A stretch of 32,000 bases of DNA, from NCBI RefSeq assembly GCF_002117145.1, contig NZ_CP008743.1:1678648-1710647 (forward strand), written 5' to 3'. This document shows, one piece after another, positions 12,091 through 21,192 of the stretch. The position numbers were made by a program, and so were the translations under genes. The notes beneath the pieces are model-generated. The model saw only the letters and a list, made by a program, of their open reading frames with translations, had not been told where the DNA came from and did no database searches. Each line of letters begins with the position of its first letter. Within the stretch, counting starts at the first letter, position 1. This DNA comes from Candidatus Nucleicultrix amoebiphila FS5. GTDB taxonomy: Bacteria; Pseudomonadota; Alphaproteobacteria; Caedimonadales; Nucleicultricaceae.

Positions 12091-12396
12091 GTGTCTAAAA
12101 AGAGTTCAATTGAAAAAAATAACCGCCGCAAGAGTATGTCGGCTAAATTCAAAGCGCGGAGAAATGCTTTGAAAAAGATAGTGATGGATAAGGCTTTGCC
12201 TGCTGAAGAGCGTTTTCAAGCCTCTCTTAAGTTGGCTGAAATGCCAAGGAATGGATCTGCAACACGTATACGTAACCGTTGCGAATTGACGGGTCGTCCA
12301 CGTGGATATTATCGTAAGTTTAGATTGTGTCGCATGATTTTCCGGGATTTAGCTTCAGAAGCATTGATCCCTGGCGTCACAAAGTCAAGTTGGTAA
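12091..12396 (+). CDS. rpsN: 30S ribosomal protein S14 (long, non-zinc-ribbon type)
   Basis: 101 aa with a GTG start. [12 protein letters not shown]-like N-terminus and the C-terminal [18 protein letters not shown]...R.....G.IPGV.K.SW. Confidence 0.97.
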   Translation: MSKKSSIEKNNRRKSMSAKFKARRNALKKIVMDKALPAEERFQASLKLAEMPRNGSATRIRNRCELTGRPRGYYRKFRLCRMIFRDLASEALIPGVTKSSW

Positions 12397-12407
12397 GGAG
12401 TTAAAAA

Positions 12408-12809
12408 ATGAATTTATCTGATCCTATTTCAGATTTGTTGACGCGCATACGTAATGCGCAAGCTAATCGTCAAGAGACAGTGACTTCTCCTTCCTCAACT
12501 GTAAAAATAAATTTACTTGAGGTTTTAAAGCGCGAAGGTTATATCCGTGCATTTAAGACTGTACAAAATGGTCCACGCGTGGATGTCATTGTAGAGTTAA
12601 AATATACAGACCCCGACAATCAACCTGTCATTCAAATGATTGAAAGGGTATCAAAGCCAGGCCGCCGAGTTTATTCAGCGCTTGAGAAAATGCCTAAAGT
12701 CTATAATGGTTTGGGGATTTCAATCCTATCAACGTCAAAAGGCGTTATGTCAGACCATGAAGCGCGTGAGGCAAATGTTGGTGGTGAAATTTTGTGTCGG
12801 GTATTCTAA
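12408..12809 (+). CDS. rpsH: 30S ribosomal protein S8
   Basis: 133 aa with DPISDLLTRIRNA and GGEILC.VF motifs. Confidence 0.98.
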   Translation: MNLSDPISDLLTRIRNAQANRQETVTSPSSTVKINLLEVLKREGYIRAFKTVQNGPRVDVIVELKYTDPDNQPVIQMIERVSKPGRRVYSALEKMPKVYNGLGISILSTSKGVMSDHEAREANVGGEILCRVF

Positions 12810-12819
12810 AGGATAAAAT

Positions 12820-13353
12820 ATGTCACGTGTTGGTAAACACCCAGTAATAATTCCTGCAGGCGTCGATGTAAGTCTAACGTCTGGAGATATAAGTGTTAAG
12901 GGAAAAAACGGTCAGTTAAGTATTAAACTTTCGACTGAAGTGATTGTGAAATCAGAAAACGGCGAAGTACTTGTACGTCCACGCACAAATAGCAAGCAAG
13001 CTAGAATGGCTTGGGGAACAACTAAAAAACTGATTCAAAATCTTGTTGATGGCGTTACAAAAGGGTTCACAAAGATCCTGGAAATTAACGGCGTTGGTTA
13101 TCGTGCAGCTGTTCAAGGAAAGAATCTCGTGCTGAGCTTAGGCTTCAGTCACGAAGTGATTCTTCCAGTGCCAGCGGGTCTTACAGTCAAATGTGAAAAG
13201 CCAACATCTGTAGCAATCTCAGGTGCTAATAAAGAACAAGTAGGAGCATTCGCAGCCGTTATTCGTGATTTTAGACGTCCTGAACCTTATAAGGGCAAGG
13301 GTGTTAAATACGAAAACGAAGTAATTATGCGTAAGGAAGGTAAGAAGAAATAG
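12820..13353 (+). CDS. rplF: 50S ribosomal protein L6
   Basis: 177 aa with the MSRVGK.P N-terminus and EPYKGKG..Y motif. Confidence 0.98.
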   Translation: MSRVGKHPVIIPAGVDVSLTSGDISVKGKNGQLSIKLSTEVIVKSENGEVLVRPRTNSKQARMAWGTTKKLIQNLVDGVTKGFTKILEINGVGYRAAVQGKNLVLSLGFSHEVILPVPAGLTVKCEKPTSVAISGANKEQVGAFAAVIRDFRRPEPYKGKGVKYENEVIMRKEGKKK

Positions 13354-13355
13354 CC

Positions 13356-13721
13356 ATGTTAAACGCGCGCGATAAATTTTTAAGACGTAAAACAAGAAAT
13401 CGAGTGAAATTAGCAGCATCTAACGAAGCAGCTATGCCACGACTTTCAGTTTTTCGTTCACGGAATAACATTTACGCACAAATTATTGATGATGCGAAGC
13501 GTCAAACAATTGTCGCTGCTTCAACTCTTGATAAAAGCTTGCGTGGCAAGTTAAAGTCTAGCGGCAACAAAGATGCAGCCGAGACGGTTGGAAAGTTGAT
13601 TGCGGAAAAAGCAATTGCTTCAGGAATAAAATCAGTTGTATTTGATCGTGGCGGATATCTCTATCATGGGCGTGTAAAAGCGCTTGCTGAGGCTGCACGC
13701 TCAAGTGGATTAAAGTTTTAA
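13356..13721 (+). CDS. rplR: 50S ribosomal protein L18
   Basis: 121 aa with [17 protein letters not shown] and [22 protein letters not shown] motifs. Confidence 0.98.
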   Translation: MLNARDKFLRRKTRNRVKLAASNEAAMPRLSVFRSRNNIYAQIIDDAKRQTIVAASTLDKSLRGKLKSSGNKDAAETVGKLIAEKAIASGIKSVVFDRGGYLYHGRVKALAEAARSSGLKF

Positions 13722-13732
13722 GGAATTAAAAA

Positions 13733-14281
13733 ATGGCTCGTAACGCTGCTGAAAGAGATGTTGAATACATAGAAAAGCTTGTGAGTATTAAACGCGTCGC
13801 TAAGGTTGTAAAAGGTGGTCGTCGTTTTGGATTCTCAGCTCTCGTAGTTGTAGGTGATGGAAAAGGTCGTGTTGGTTTTGGAACAGGTAAAGCTCGTGAA
13901 GTTCCAGAAGCAGTTAAAAAAGCTACCGAATCTGCTAAAAAATCTATGATTCGTATCCCCCTTCGTGAAGGGCGTACACTTCATCATGATGTCACTTCTA
14001 TTTTTGGTGCAGGCCATGTACATATGAGAGCTGCTCCAGTAGGTACAGGTATTATTGCTGGTGGACCAATGCGTGCAGTTTTTGAGGCCTTAGGTATACA
14101 AGACGTTGTAAGTAAGTCACTTGGAACCAGCAGTCCACATAACATGGTGAGAGCGACAATTACTGGTTTGCAAAGAATACATTCCCCTCGGCAGATTGCT
14201 GCAAAGCGTGGTAAACGGGTAGGGGAAATTGTTGGAAGACGTGATCGAGATGCAGCTTTAGGTGATCAAGGCGATGAATAA
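13733..14281 (+). CDS. rpsE: 30S ribosomal protein S5
   Basis: 182 aa with [28 protein letters not shown] motif and a short acidic C-terminal tail. Confidence 0.98.
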   Translation: MARNAAERDVEYIEKLVSIKRVAKVVKGGRRFGFSALVVVGDGKGRVGFGTGKAREVPEAVKKATESAKKSMIRIPLREGRTLHHDVTSIFGAGHVHMRAAPVGTGIIAGGPMRAVFEALGIQDVVSKSLGTSSPHNMVRATITGLQRIHSPRQIAAKRGKRVGEIVGRRDRDAALGDQGDE

Positions 14282-14471
14282 GAATTCAGGTAAAAAAGTT
14301 AAAGTAACGCAAGTTGTTAGTGCGATTCGACGTAGAGAAGATCAAACGTCGACCTTAAAAGGATTGGGTTTAAAGAAGCTTCATCAAAGTCGTGTGCTTG
14401 AAGATACTCCTTCAGTGCGTGGGATGATAGAAAAGATAAAGCATCTTTTGAAAATTGAAGAAGTAAAGTAG
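14274..14471 (+). CDS. rpmD: 50S ribosomal protein L30
   Basis: The track ORF starts at GTG 14262. I prefer ATG 14274 (65 aa, [20 protein letters not shown]), with AGGTGA 9 nt upstream. It overlaps the rpsE stop. L30 pattern (KVTQ..S.I.......TL.GLGL). Confidence 0.9.
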   Translation: MNKNSGKKVKVTQVVSAIRRREDQTSTLKGLGLKKLHQSRVLEDTPSVRGMIEKIKHLLKIEEVK

Positions 14472-14500
14472 AAGTTAAAGTAAGAGATTTGGGTACGCCA

Positions 14501-14971
14501 ATGAAATTGAATGAGATAAAAGATAATCCAGGTGCACGTAAAGGACTCATGAGAGTGGGTCGTGGTATTGGTTCTGGTAAAGGTAAAACCTGTGGTCGTG
14601 GCGTTAAAGGACAAAAAGCACGTACAGGTGTATCAATCAATGGGTTTGAAGGTGGACAAAATCCACTCTATCGCCGTTTGCCAAAACGCGGATTTAACAA
14701 TTTTAACTTTACACGAACAATTGCAACTATCAATATTGATGAGTTACAGATGGCTGTTGATTCAGGGAAGCTTGATCCTAAAAAGCCTGTTAACTATCAA
14801 ATACTTGTTGAGAAAAACCTGGTCGATAAGCATGCGGAAGGTGTTAAGGTGTTAGGTAGGGGAGAACTAAAAGTTGCTCTTGACATCGAGGCGCTGAATG
14901 CTTCAAAAACAGCACAAGCTGCAATTGAAAAAGCTAAGGGGAAGCTCACTCTACTTGAGTCAAAACAATAA
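14501..14971 (+). CDS. rplO: 50S ribosomal protein L15
   Basis: The track ORF begins at TTG 14489. ATG 14501 gives the typical L15 N-terminus MKLNEIKDNPGA.K...RVGRGIGSGKGKT.GRG.KGQ. Confidence 0.93.
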   Translation: MKLNEIKDNPGARKGLMRVGRGIGSGKGKTCGRGVKGQKARTGVSINGFEGGQNPLYRRLPKRGFNNFNFTRTIATINIDELQMAVDSGKLDPKKPVNYQILVEKNLVDKHAEGVKVLGRGELKVALDIEALNASKTAQAAIEKAKGKLTLLESKQ

Positions 14972-14980
14972 AGGATAACA

Positions 14981-16321
14981 ATGGTTTCATCTGCCGAACA
15001 ACTGGCGGCAAATTTTAGTTTCTCGTCATTTTCCAAAGCCGATGATTTAAAAAAGCGGCTTTGGTTTACATTATTTGCTCTTATCATTTATCGTATTGGA
15101 ACGTATCTTCCCTTACCGGGAATTGATGCAGAACTTATGCGTCATATTGCACAACAAAATGCAGGAGGTATATTGGGGATTTTTGATAAATTCTCAGGAG
15201 GCGCCTTAGGACGTATGACTATTTTTGCGCTTGGTGTTATGCCGTACATTTCCTCGAGCATTATCGTCCAGCTTTTAACCTCTGTATCTCCTCAACTTGA
15301 GGCTTTAAAGAAAGAAGGTGAATCTGGTCGCAAAAAGCTTAACCAATATACACGTTATGGAACGGTTCTCTTGGCTTTTGTGCAGGGGTGGGGTATTGCT
15401 GCTGGTCTTGAGTCTATGCCGCAATCACCAGTTATTGATCCTGGCTTTTTCTTTCGATTTTCTGCAGTTATAAGCTTATTGGGTGGAACACTTTTCTTAA
15501 TGTGGTTAGGTGAGCAGATCACATCACGAGGAGTAGGAAATGGTATCTCTTTATTAATCTTCTCTGGTATCGTGGCAAATATCCCTCATGCATTAGCAAC
15601 AACTTTGGAGCTTGGAAGAACGGGTGCTCTCTCGTCTTTCTTTATATTTATCATTCTTTTACTGGTTATTGGATTAGTGGCATTTATCGTTTTTATGGAA
15701 CGTGCCCAAAGAAGAATTTTGATTCAATATCCAAAGCGACAAGTTGGATCTCGTATGTATGGTGGGCAAAGTTCACACTTGCCTTTAAAAATTAACAGTT
15801 CGGGAGTTATTCCCCCAATTTTTGCAAGCTCTATATTGTTGTTGCCTGTGACGATGGCGCGCTTCTCTGCTTCAAATTCAGAAGGTATTCTGTCAAATAT
15901 TTTATATTACATGAGTCCTGGTAAACCTTTGTATATGGGCATTTTTGTAGCTTTAATCGTATTCTTTGCTTTCTTTTATACCGCTGTCGTTTTCAACCCC
16001 GTTGAGACTGCAGAAAACTTGAAAAAGAATGGAGCAATTGTACCAGGATACCGTCCAGGCCAAATGACAGCTGATCACTTGGATTTTGTGTTGACTCGTT
16101 TGACGGTAGTTGGCGCAATTTATCTTTCTTTTATCTGTGTTCTGCCTGAAGTACTGATATCGAAATACTCTTTGCCATTTTATCTTGGTGGTACAAGTTT
16201 ATTGATCGTTGTCAGCGTATCCATCGATACTGTTGCACAGATACAATCTCATCTTTTGGCTCATCAATACGAAGGCCTTATCCGTAAAGCTAATTTTATG
16301 AATAAGGATCGCAAGAAATGA
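14981..16321 (+). CDS. secY: Preprotein translocase subunit SecY
   Basis: 446 aa polytopic membrane protein. SecY motifs are present (LKKRLWFTL.ALIIYRIG..LPLPGID, GGALGRMTIFALGVMPYISSSII), in the canonical position after rplO. Confidence 0.98.
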   Translation: MVSSAEQLAANFSFSSFSKADDLKKRLWFTLFALIIYRIGTYLPLPGIDAELMRHIAQQNAGGILGIFDKFSGGALGRMTIFALGVMPYISSSIIVQLLTSVSPQLEALKKEGESGRKKLNQYTRYGTVLLAFVQGWGIAAGLESMPQSPVIDPGFFFRFSAVISLLGGTLFLMWLGEQITSRGVGNGISLLIFSGIVANIPHALATTLELGRTGALSSFFIFIILLLVIGLVAFIVFMERAQRRILIQYPKRQVGSRMYGGQSSHLPLKINSSGVIPPIFASSILLLPVTMARFSASNSEGILSNILYYMSPGKPLYMGIFVALIVFFAFFYTAVVFNPVETAENLKKNGAIVPGYRPGQMTADHLDFVLTRLTVVGAIYLSFICVLPEVLISKYSLPFYLGGTSLLIVVSVSIDTVAQIQSHLLAHQYEGLIRKANFMNKDRKK

Positions 16322-16998
16322 TCTTGATTCTTCTTGGTCCTCCAGGTGCTGGTAAAGGAACCCAAGCCCGTAGGCTTCAAGAAGAATTTCATTTAAAGCA
16401 AATAGCAACAGGTGATTTAGTGCGAGAAGAGATCGCTTCTGGAAGTGATCTTGGGAAGCGCATTAAGGCTATCATTGATCGTGGTGAATATCCTGATGAT
16501 CAGATTTTTATTGATATGTTCCGGAGAGAGATGTCAAAACCCGCAAAAGGTTTTATCTGTGATGGGTTCCCTCGAACCATTAATCAAGCACAAGTGTTGG
16601 ATGATTTTCTTACTGAAATTAAAAAGCCTTTGACTGCAGTGATAGAGATGGATGTTGATCAAGAACTTTTGATCAAACGTTTGTCTGGGCGTTTTAATTG
16701 TAAAGAATGCAAGGCTTCGTATAACGATTATTTTTCGCCGACATTAAAAGAAGGTGTATGTGACATATGTGGGAGTACTGAGTTTTTTAGACGCTCAGAT
16801 GATAATCCTGAAGCAGTTAAAAGACGTTTTGAAGTGTATCGTGAACAGACATCTCAGTTAGTTGATTTTTATCAAGCAAAAGGATTGTTGTACCGTGTGA
16901 ATGGAAATAATGCTCCTGATGAAGTGCATGCGGAAATTGTAAGGCTTATCCATAAGCTTACGTCAAGTGAAGTCTCCATTAAATTAAGCTCTTCTTAA
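16318..16998 (+). CDS. adk: Adenylate kinase (long type with 4-Cys lid)
   Basis: 226 aa with P-loop GPPGAGKGTQ. The lid carries CKEC...CDIC (Cys128/131/148/151 by my count). The ATGA overlaps the secY stop. Confidence 0.96.
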   Translation: MILILLGPPGAGKGTQARRLQEEFHLKQIATGDLVREEIASGSDLGKRIKAIIDRGEYPDDQIFIDMFRREMSKPAKGFICDGFPRTINQAQVLDDFLTEIKKPLTAVIEMDVDQELLIKRLSGRFNCKECKASYNDYFSPTLKEGVCDICGSTEFFRRSDDNPEAVKRRFEVYREQTSQLVDFYQAKGLLYRVNGNNAPDEVHAEIVRLIHKLTSSEVSIKLSSS

Positions 16999-17099
16999 AA
17001 AAATCTTCTGATGTAAAATAAAGACTCTGTTTTTTTGTGAAATCACATAAATAGCGCTATTTTGCGTACGGCAACTTTTACGAATTGATATTGGGTAAG

Positions 17100-17137
17100 A
17101 AAAAACGCTCCTCCTGAAAAGAAGAGCGTTTTTTTTG
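17100..17137. terminator. Bidirectional rho-independent terminator between convergent adk and the metalloprotease gene
   Basis: A6-CGCTC(c)TC, loop CTGAAAA, GA(a)GAGCG-T8. The stem has one mismatch and is flanked by an A-run on the left and a T-run on the right, so it reads as hairpin plus U-tract on either strand. It lies 20 nt beyond the protease stop and about 100 nt beyond the adk stop. Confidence 0.75.
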
Positions 17138-17156
17138 AGAATTAGATAATTATTTT

Positions 17157-18449
17157 TTATTTCTTTTTTGCATTTCTTCCACAAGCAACACCACATGCAC
17201 CTTTTTTAGCAACTGCGGCTTCACCCATAAAATTCATTTTAGTTGATCCCGCTTTAACGCGAATTTTACGTCTTTCAAATTGTTTTAGAATTGAAGAAGA
17301 CCAGTCGATCTTATCGAGTTCAAATACAGGTGTTACCTTACGCTTATTCGCTGTATCAAATAATCCATAAGCAAAATCAGAGAACGTAGGAGCTTTAGTT
17401 TTTAACCTTAAGACTGACTCCATAAAAAGCTGCCTTAGATATTGACTGGTTTCAAATAAAATCAGTTCAGGAGTTTTCATGGTTTTACTGACAGTATAGT
17501 TTGCTTGAAATCCATCTACGAGCACATCGTATATTGCTCCAGTAAAGACTCTTGAAAGTTCATGAACTTCATTTTCAACTTGCGTAATTGCTAGATCATC
17601 ATCAGCATTGCGCAATGAAGAACCTACACCAATTGTTTGGCCAAATTGTTCAGCTAATTCTGATACGAAGTTTGGTTGATGCAGATCGCCGCCAGTATCA
17701 AGAATAACAGCTTTGCATTGATCAAATTCTGATAAAGTCCAGAATATCGCTGTTAGATCACCAAAGGCTTCATGGAATCCACCAGTATGGGGGGAATCAA
17801 CATCAAAATATTCGGGATGAAAGATGTCAAGCATGGAATGTCCAGCTTCATGAGCGACTACATCTGAGGAACGACATGTTCGACCTTCTTTTTTGTCGGT
17901 ACCAGTATAGTGGAAAAAATTAAGAACACGATCAGTGCCTTCTCGTGAATAGTAGGCATTTTCATCTTCACCCGCATTTGGGCTAATTTTAAGGATACCG
18001 TATTGTCTGCCATCCCAAGTTTTAACAGCCTTAGTTATAGAACTAGTAGTTGGGAACTTAGTTTTCAAGACTTCTAGATCGCCCCTTGTCATTCTGTAGA
18101 CGCTTTCAACAATAGCATATGTTTGAATACTATCTAATTCATCGATAGTATAGGGACCATCGACAAAGTGTCCATCCTTACCGGGTTTTGCAGGGTTTTG
18201 AACCACAGTCATATCGCTATCTGTCGGACCCTCTGAAACTTTCTTTGGAATATACGAAACTTTAGAAAGTGTTTCTGTTACAGTAGCATCTTGTTCTACA
18301 ATTCTTACTTTCGTGCCTTTACCAAGGTCTACAAATTCATCGCTTTTTTGTAGATTTGAAGCAATTGCGTTAAATGAAATTAATAAGCTCGCTGCAAAAG
18401 CTAAGCTTATAGGCTTTTTAAATTTTTCAAAGTAGGTTAGATGTAACAT
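17157..18449 (-). CDS. Secreted thermolysin-like (gluzincin, M4-like) zinc metalloprotease
   Basis: 430 aa with an N-terminal signal peptide (KKPISLAFAASLLISFNAIA/SN). It has HEAGH followed 19 residues later by GGFHEAFGD (the HExxH...NEAxSD gluzincin pattern). Upstream is NAYY...VVAHE, like thermolysin NAFW...VVGHE, and downstream is VHELSRVFTGAIY. SD GGAGG sits 5 nt before the ATG. Confidence 0.8.
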   Translation of the reverse strand: MLHLTYFEKFKKPISLAFAASLLISFNAIASNLQKSDEFVDLGKGTKVRIVEQDATVTETLSKVSYIPKKVSEGPTDSDMTVVQNPAKPGKDGHFVDGPYTIDELDSIQTYAIVESVYRMTRGDLEVLKTKFPTTSSITKAVKTWDGRQYGILKISPNAGEDENAYYSREGTDRVLNFFHYTGTDKKEGRTCRSSDVVAHEAGHSMLDIFHPEYFDVDSPHTGGFHEAFGDLTAIFWTLSEFDQCKAVILDTGGDLHQPNFVSELAEQFGQTIGVGSSLRNADDDLAITQVENEVHELSRVFTGAIYDVLVDGFQANYTVSKTMKTPELILFETSQYLRQLFMESVLRLKTKAPTFSDFAYGLFDTANKRKVTPVFELDKIDWSSSILKQFERRKIRVKAGSTKMNFMGEAAVAKKGACGVACGRNAKKK

Positions 18450-18692
18450 AACGCCTCCAATTTATTTTGTTTAAAGTGAAGGGGAGTAACGCCCTAAATT
18501 GCTTGCAACAGCAGCATTTAAAATATCCCCACGCTGTTTATGTTTAGAGAATTAAATTTAATAAAAATTTAATTAGGTTTTAATAAACCCCTAATTTTGC
18601 CAAAAATTTTATTTTTCATCATACTAACACTTGACGAGCGCCTCATAATTCCCTAGAAAGTGATCCAACCAATAAACATTGGTACATAAGTG

Positions 18693-18720
18693 TTGACTTT
18701 GGTAATGAGTTGCTTATACA
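18693..18720 (+). promoter_or_regulatory. Candidate sigma70-type promoter for rpsM-rpsK-rpoA-rplQ
   Basis: TTGACT (18693-18698), 16-nt spacer, TATACA (18715-18720), about 60 nt upstream of the rpsM GTG. Hexamer match only. Confidence 0.4.
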
Positions 18721-18781
18721 TTGCCGATCTAATGCATGTACCTATAAAAATTTTTGTAATTGTAGTGTAAGGAGATTGAGT

Positions 18782-19150
18782 GTGGCGCGTATAGCTGGTG
18801 TCAACCTACCGACTCAAAAGCGTGTGGTGATAGCCCTCAGATATATTTATGGTATTGGTCCATCGAATTCCAAGGAAATCTGTGATGAAGTAGGCATTCC
18901 TGCAGAATGTCGAATCCATCAACTGACCGATGATCAGATTTTGAAAATTCGTGAGTGCATAGATAAAAAAATCAAGGTAGAAGGTGATTTACGTCGTGAT
19001 GTAGCGATGAATATAAAGCGCCTTGTTGATCTTGGTTGTTATCGTGGGTTGCGTCATCGTAAAGGTCTCCCAGTTCATGGGCAAAGGACTCATACGAACG
19101 CGCGCACTCGCAAAGGCAAAGCAGTCGCTATTGCTGGCAAGAAAAAGTAA
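18782..19150 (+). CDS. rpsM: 30S ribosomal protein S13
   Basis: The track ORF starts at 18710, but the conserved S13 N-terminus (M)ARIAGVNLP begins at in-frame GTG 18782. That GTG is preceded by AAGGAG 6 nt upstream. 122 aa. Confidence 0.95.
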   Translation: MARIAGVNLPTQKRVVIALRYIYGIGPSNSKEICDEVGIPAECRIHQLTDDQILKIRECIDKKIKVEGDLRRDVAMNIKRLVDLGCYRGLRHRKGLPVHGQRTHTNARTRKGKAVAIAGKKK

Positions 19151-19178
19151 AAACTTGAACGGATAGGATTTTTACACA

Positions 19179-19568
19179 ATGGTAAAGCCAACCACTCGTT
19201 TGCGCCGCCGCGAGAGAAAAAATATTGTCTCTGGTGTCGCACATGTTAATGCAACTTTTAACAATACCATGGTCACAATCTCTGATGCCCAGGGGAATGC
19301 AATTTCCTGGTCTTCAGCAGGGATGATGGGATTTAAAGGTTCAAGAAAATCAACGCCTTATGCAGCACAGATGGCTGCTGAAGATGCTGGTCGTAAAGCA
19401 ATGGATCACGGTATGAAGATCCTTGAAGTTGAGGTCAGCGGTCCAGGGTCTGGACGAGAATCAGCATTGCGTGCTTTGCAAGGTATTGGTTTTACAATTA
19501 CAGCAATTAGGGATGTGACGCCTGTGCCTCACAATGGTTGTCGTCCACCTAATCGTCGTCGCGTTTAA
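19179..19568 (+). CDS. rpsK: 30S ribosomal protein S11
   Basis: 129 aa with G.AHV.ATFNNT.VTI.D..GN and the C-terminal [13 protein letters not shown]. Confidence 0.98.
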   Translation: MVKPTTRLRRRERKNIVSGVAHVNATFNNTMVTISDAQGNAISWSSAGMMGFKGSRKSTPYAAQMAAEDAGRKAMDHGMKILEVEVSGPGSGRESALRALQGIGFTITAIRDVTPVPHNGCRPPNRRRV

Positions 19569-19603
19569 TTAGTTCTAATCATCAACCCTGAGAGGATACA
19601 TCG

Positions 19604-20620
19604 GTGATACAGAAGAATTGGCAATCTTTGATTAAGCCCTATAAGCTTAATGTCAAAACTGATCTTGATCCAAGCCGTCGGGCTACAGTTGTAGCTGAGC
19701 CCTTAGAGCGTGGTTTTGGTGTAACCCTTGGCACGGCAATTCGTCGTGTTCTGTTATCTTCGCTGCAAGGTTCAGCGGTGACAGGTGTGCAAATTGAGGG
19801 GGTACAGCATGAATTTTCTTCGATCCCAGGTGTGATTGAAGATGTTCCTGAAATTATTTTGAACCTTAAAACTCTTGCAGTCCGCAAACATGGCGAAGGA
19901 CCTCGCAAGGTTAGCTTAAAGGCGAATAAGGCAGGTCCTGTAACGGCTGGTATGATTCAGACAACTTCTGAAGTTGAAGTCTTGGATCCTGATTTGGTTA
20001 TTTGTAGCCTTGATCAAGGTGGTAGTATTCATATGGAAATTACGATTGATTCAGGTAAGGGTTATGTACCATCTAGCCAATCACGCAGTGATGATCATCC
20101 TATTGGATACATTGCAGTTGATGCAATTTATAGTCCAGTTTTGAAGGTATCCTTTAAAGTTGAGAATACACGTGTTGGTCAAAGGACAGACTTTGATAAA
20201 CTGATTCTTGATATTGAAACCAATGGTTCAGTAAAACCAGAGGATGCAGTAGCATTATCTGCTCGTATTCTTCAGGATCAACTTAAGCAATTTATTACTT
20301 TTGAAGAGCCAGAAATACGAGAAGAGACAGAGAAAAAATCTGATCTACCTTTCAACCGTAATCTTCTTCGTAAGGTTGAGGAACTTGAGCTTTCAGTGCG
20401 TTCGGCAAATTGCTTAAAGAATGAAAACATTGTTTATATTGGTGATCTTGTTCAAAAGTCAGAATCTGATCTACTCAGAACACCAAACTTTGGTCGTAAG
20501 TCTTTGAATGAAATCAAAGAAGTTTTAGCTCAAATGGGCATTGAACTTGGTATGCATGTTGAAGGGTGGCCACCTGAAAACATTGAAGAGCTTGCCAAAA
20601 AAATTGATGAGCCTTATTAA
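19604..20620 (+). CDS. rpoA: DNA-directed RNA polymerase subunit alpha
   Basis: 338 aa with a GTG start. N-terminus [12 protein letters not shown], and the alpha-CTD helix-hairpin-helix [23 protein letters not shown]. It directly follows rpsK, with no rpsD between. Confidence 0.98.
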   Translation: MIQKNWQSLIKPYKLNVKTDLDPSRRATVVAEPLERGFGVTLGTAIRRVLLSSLQGSAVTGVQIEGVQHEFSSIPGVIEDVPEIILNLKTLAVRKHGEGPRKVSLKANKAGPVTAGMIQTTSEVEVLDPDLVICSLDQGGSIHMEITIDSGKGYVPSSQSRSDDHPIGYIAVDAIYSPVLKVSFKVENTRVGQRTDFDKLILDIETNGSVKPEDAVALSARILQDQLKQFITFEEPEIREETEKKSDLPFNRNLLRKVEELELSVRSANCLKNENIVYIGDLVQKSESDLLRTPNFGRKSLNEIKEVLAQMGIELGMHVEGWPPENIEELAKKIDEPY

Positions 20621-20646
20621 GCTCTATAAAAATTTAGGAGAGAAAA

Positions 20647-21090
20647 ATGCGTCATGGTCATCGAGGAAGGAAATTTGGTCGTAAAAGAAGCCAAAGAAAA
20701 GCTTTGCTAACAGGATTAGCAAGTTCTTTGGTTCGATACGAGCAAATTAGAACAACCCTCGCAAAGGCAAAAGATATACGTCCAATTGTTGAAAAGCTTG
20801 TCACTGTAGGCAAAAAAGGTGACCTCGCAGCTACGCGTCGTGCTTTCAGTATTCTACGAGATAATGAGTTGGTAAAAAAGTTATCAATTTTAGGTGATCG
20901 TTATAAAACACGACACGGTGGTTATACACGAATCATGAAAGCTGGTTTTAGATATGGTGATATGGCGCCAATGGCTATTATCGAGTTTATTGATCGTGAC
21001 CCTAATGCAAAACCAAAGAAACCAGCTGAGGCAACAGACAGTGGTGCTGACGAAGCAACAACAAAGTCTGTGGAAGCAGCAGCGAGTTAA
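20647..21090 (+). CDS. rplQ: 50S ribosomal protein L17
   Basis: 147 aa with MRHG..GRK..R....R.AL and GGYTRI motifs, plus a low-complexity C-terminal tail. Confidence 0.97.
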   Translation: MRHGHRGRKFGRKRSQRKALLTGLASSLVRYEQIRTTLAKAKDIRPIVEKLVTVGKKGDLAATRRAFSILRDNELVKKLSILGDRYKTRHGGYTRIMKAGFRYGDMAPMAIIEFIDRDPNAKPKKPAEATDSGADEATTKSVEAAAS

Positions 21091-21118
21091 AAGGTATCAG
21101 CGAGAGATACTCGGCTTT

Positions 21119-21147
21119 AAAAAAGCAGCCTTCAGGGCTGCTTTTTG
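21119..21147 (+). terminator. Rho-independent terminator after rplQ
   Basis: AAAAAA-GCAGCC-ttcag-GGCTGC-TTTTT, a 6-bp GC-rich stem with a T-run, 29 nt after the rplQ stop. Confidence 0.75.
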
Positions 21148-21192
21148 CTTTAAAATAGATTACTCTAATCCTATGGTTTGGTGAGGATAAAA

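Noticed and set aside
17049-17062. A perfect 14-bp palindrome AAATAGCGCTATTT in the adk 3' region.
   Set aside because: With 7-bp arms, about two such palindromes are expected by chance in 32 kb, and more in AT-rich DNA. There is no second copy and no obvious associated gene.
16984-17196. A 70-aa reverse-strand ORF spanning the adk stop, the spacer and the protease gene end.
   Set aside because: It runs straight through the bidirectional terminator hairpin and overlaps two real gene ends. It has no SD sequence and a low-complexity product.
17137-18554. An 8-bp direct repeat GAGAATTA on both flanks of the metalloprotease gene (17137-17144 and 18547-18554), considered as a possible insertion scar.
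   Set aside because: A shared 8-mer between two AT-rich spacers of about 150 and 330 nt is close to chance expectation. No terminal inverted repeats or mobility genes are present.
18550-18574. An all-A/T 10-bp inverted repeat (AATTAAATTT / AAATTTAATT) in the protease-rpsM spacer.
   Set aside because: It is low-complexity AT sequence with negligible stem stability. Such repeats are common in AT-rich intergenic DNA.
18710-18781. A 24-codon Cys-rich N-terminal extension of the rpsM ORF ([18 protein letters not shown]...). I briefly considered it a remnant of rpmJ (L36), which precedes rpsM in many bacteria.
   Set aside because: It does not match the L36 pattern (C-x2-C-x12-C-x4-H with a basic sequence). 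The conserved S13 N-terminus starts at GTG 18782 with a good AAGGAG, and the upstream codons overlap the predicted promoter.
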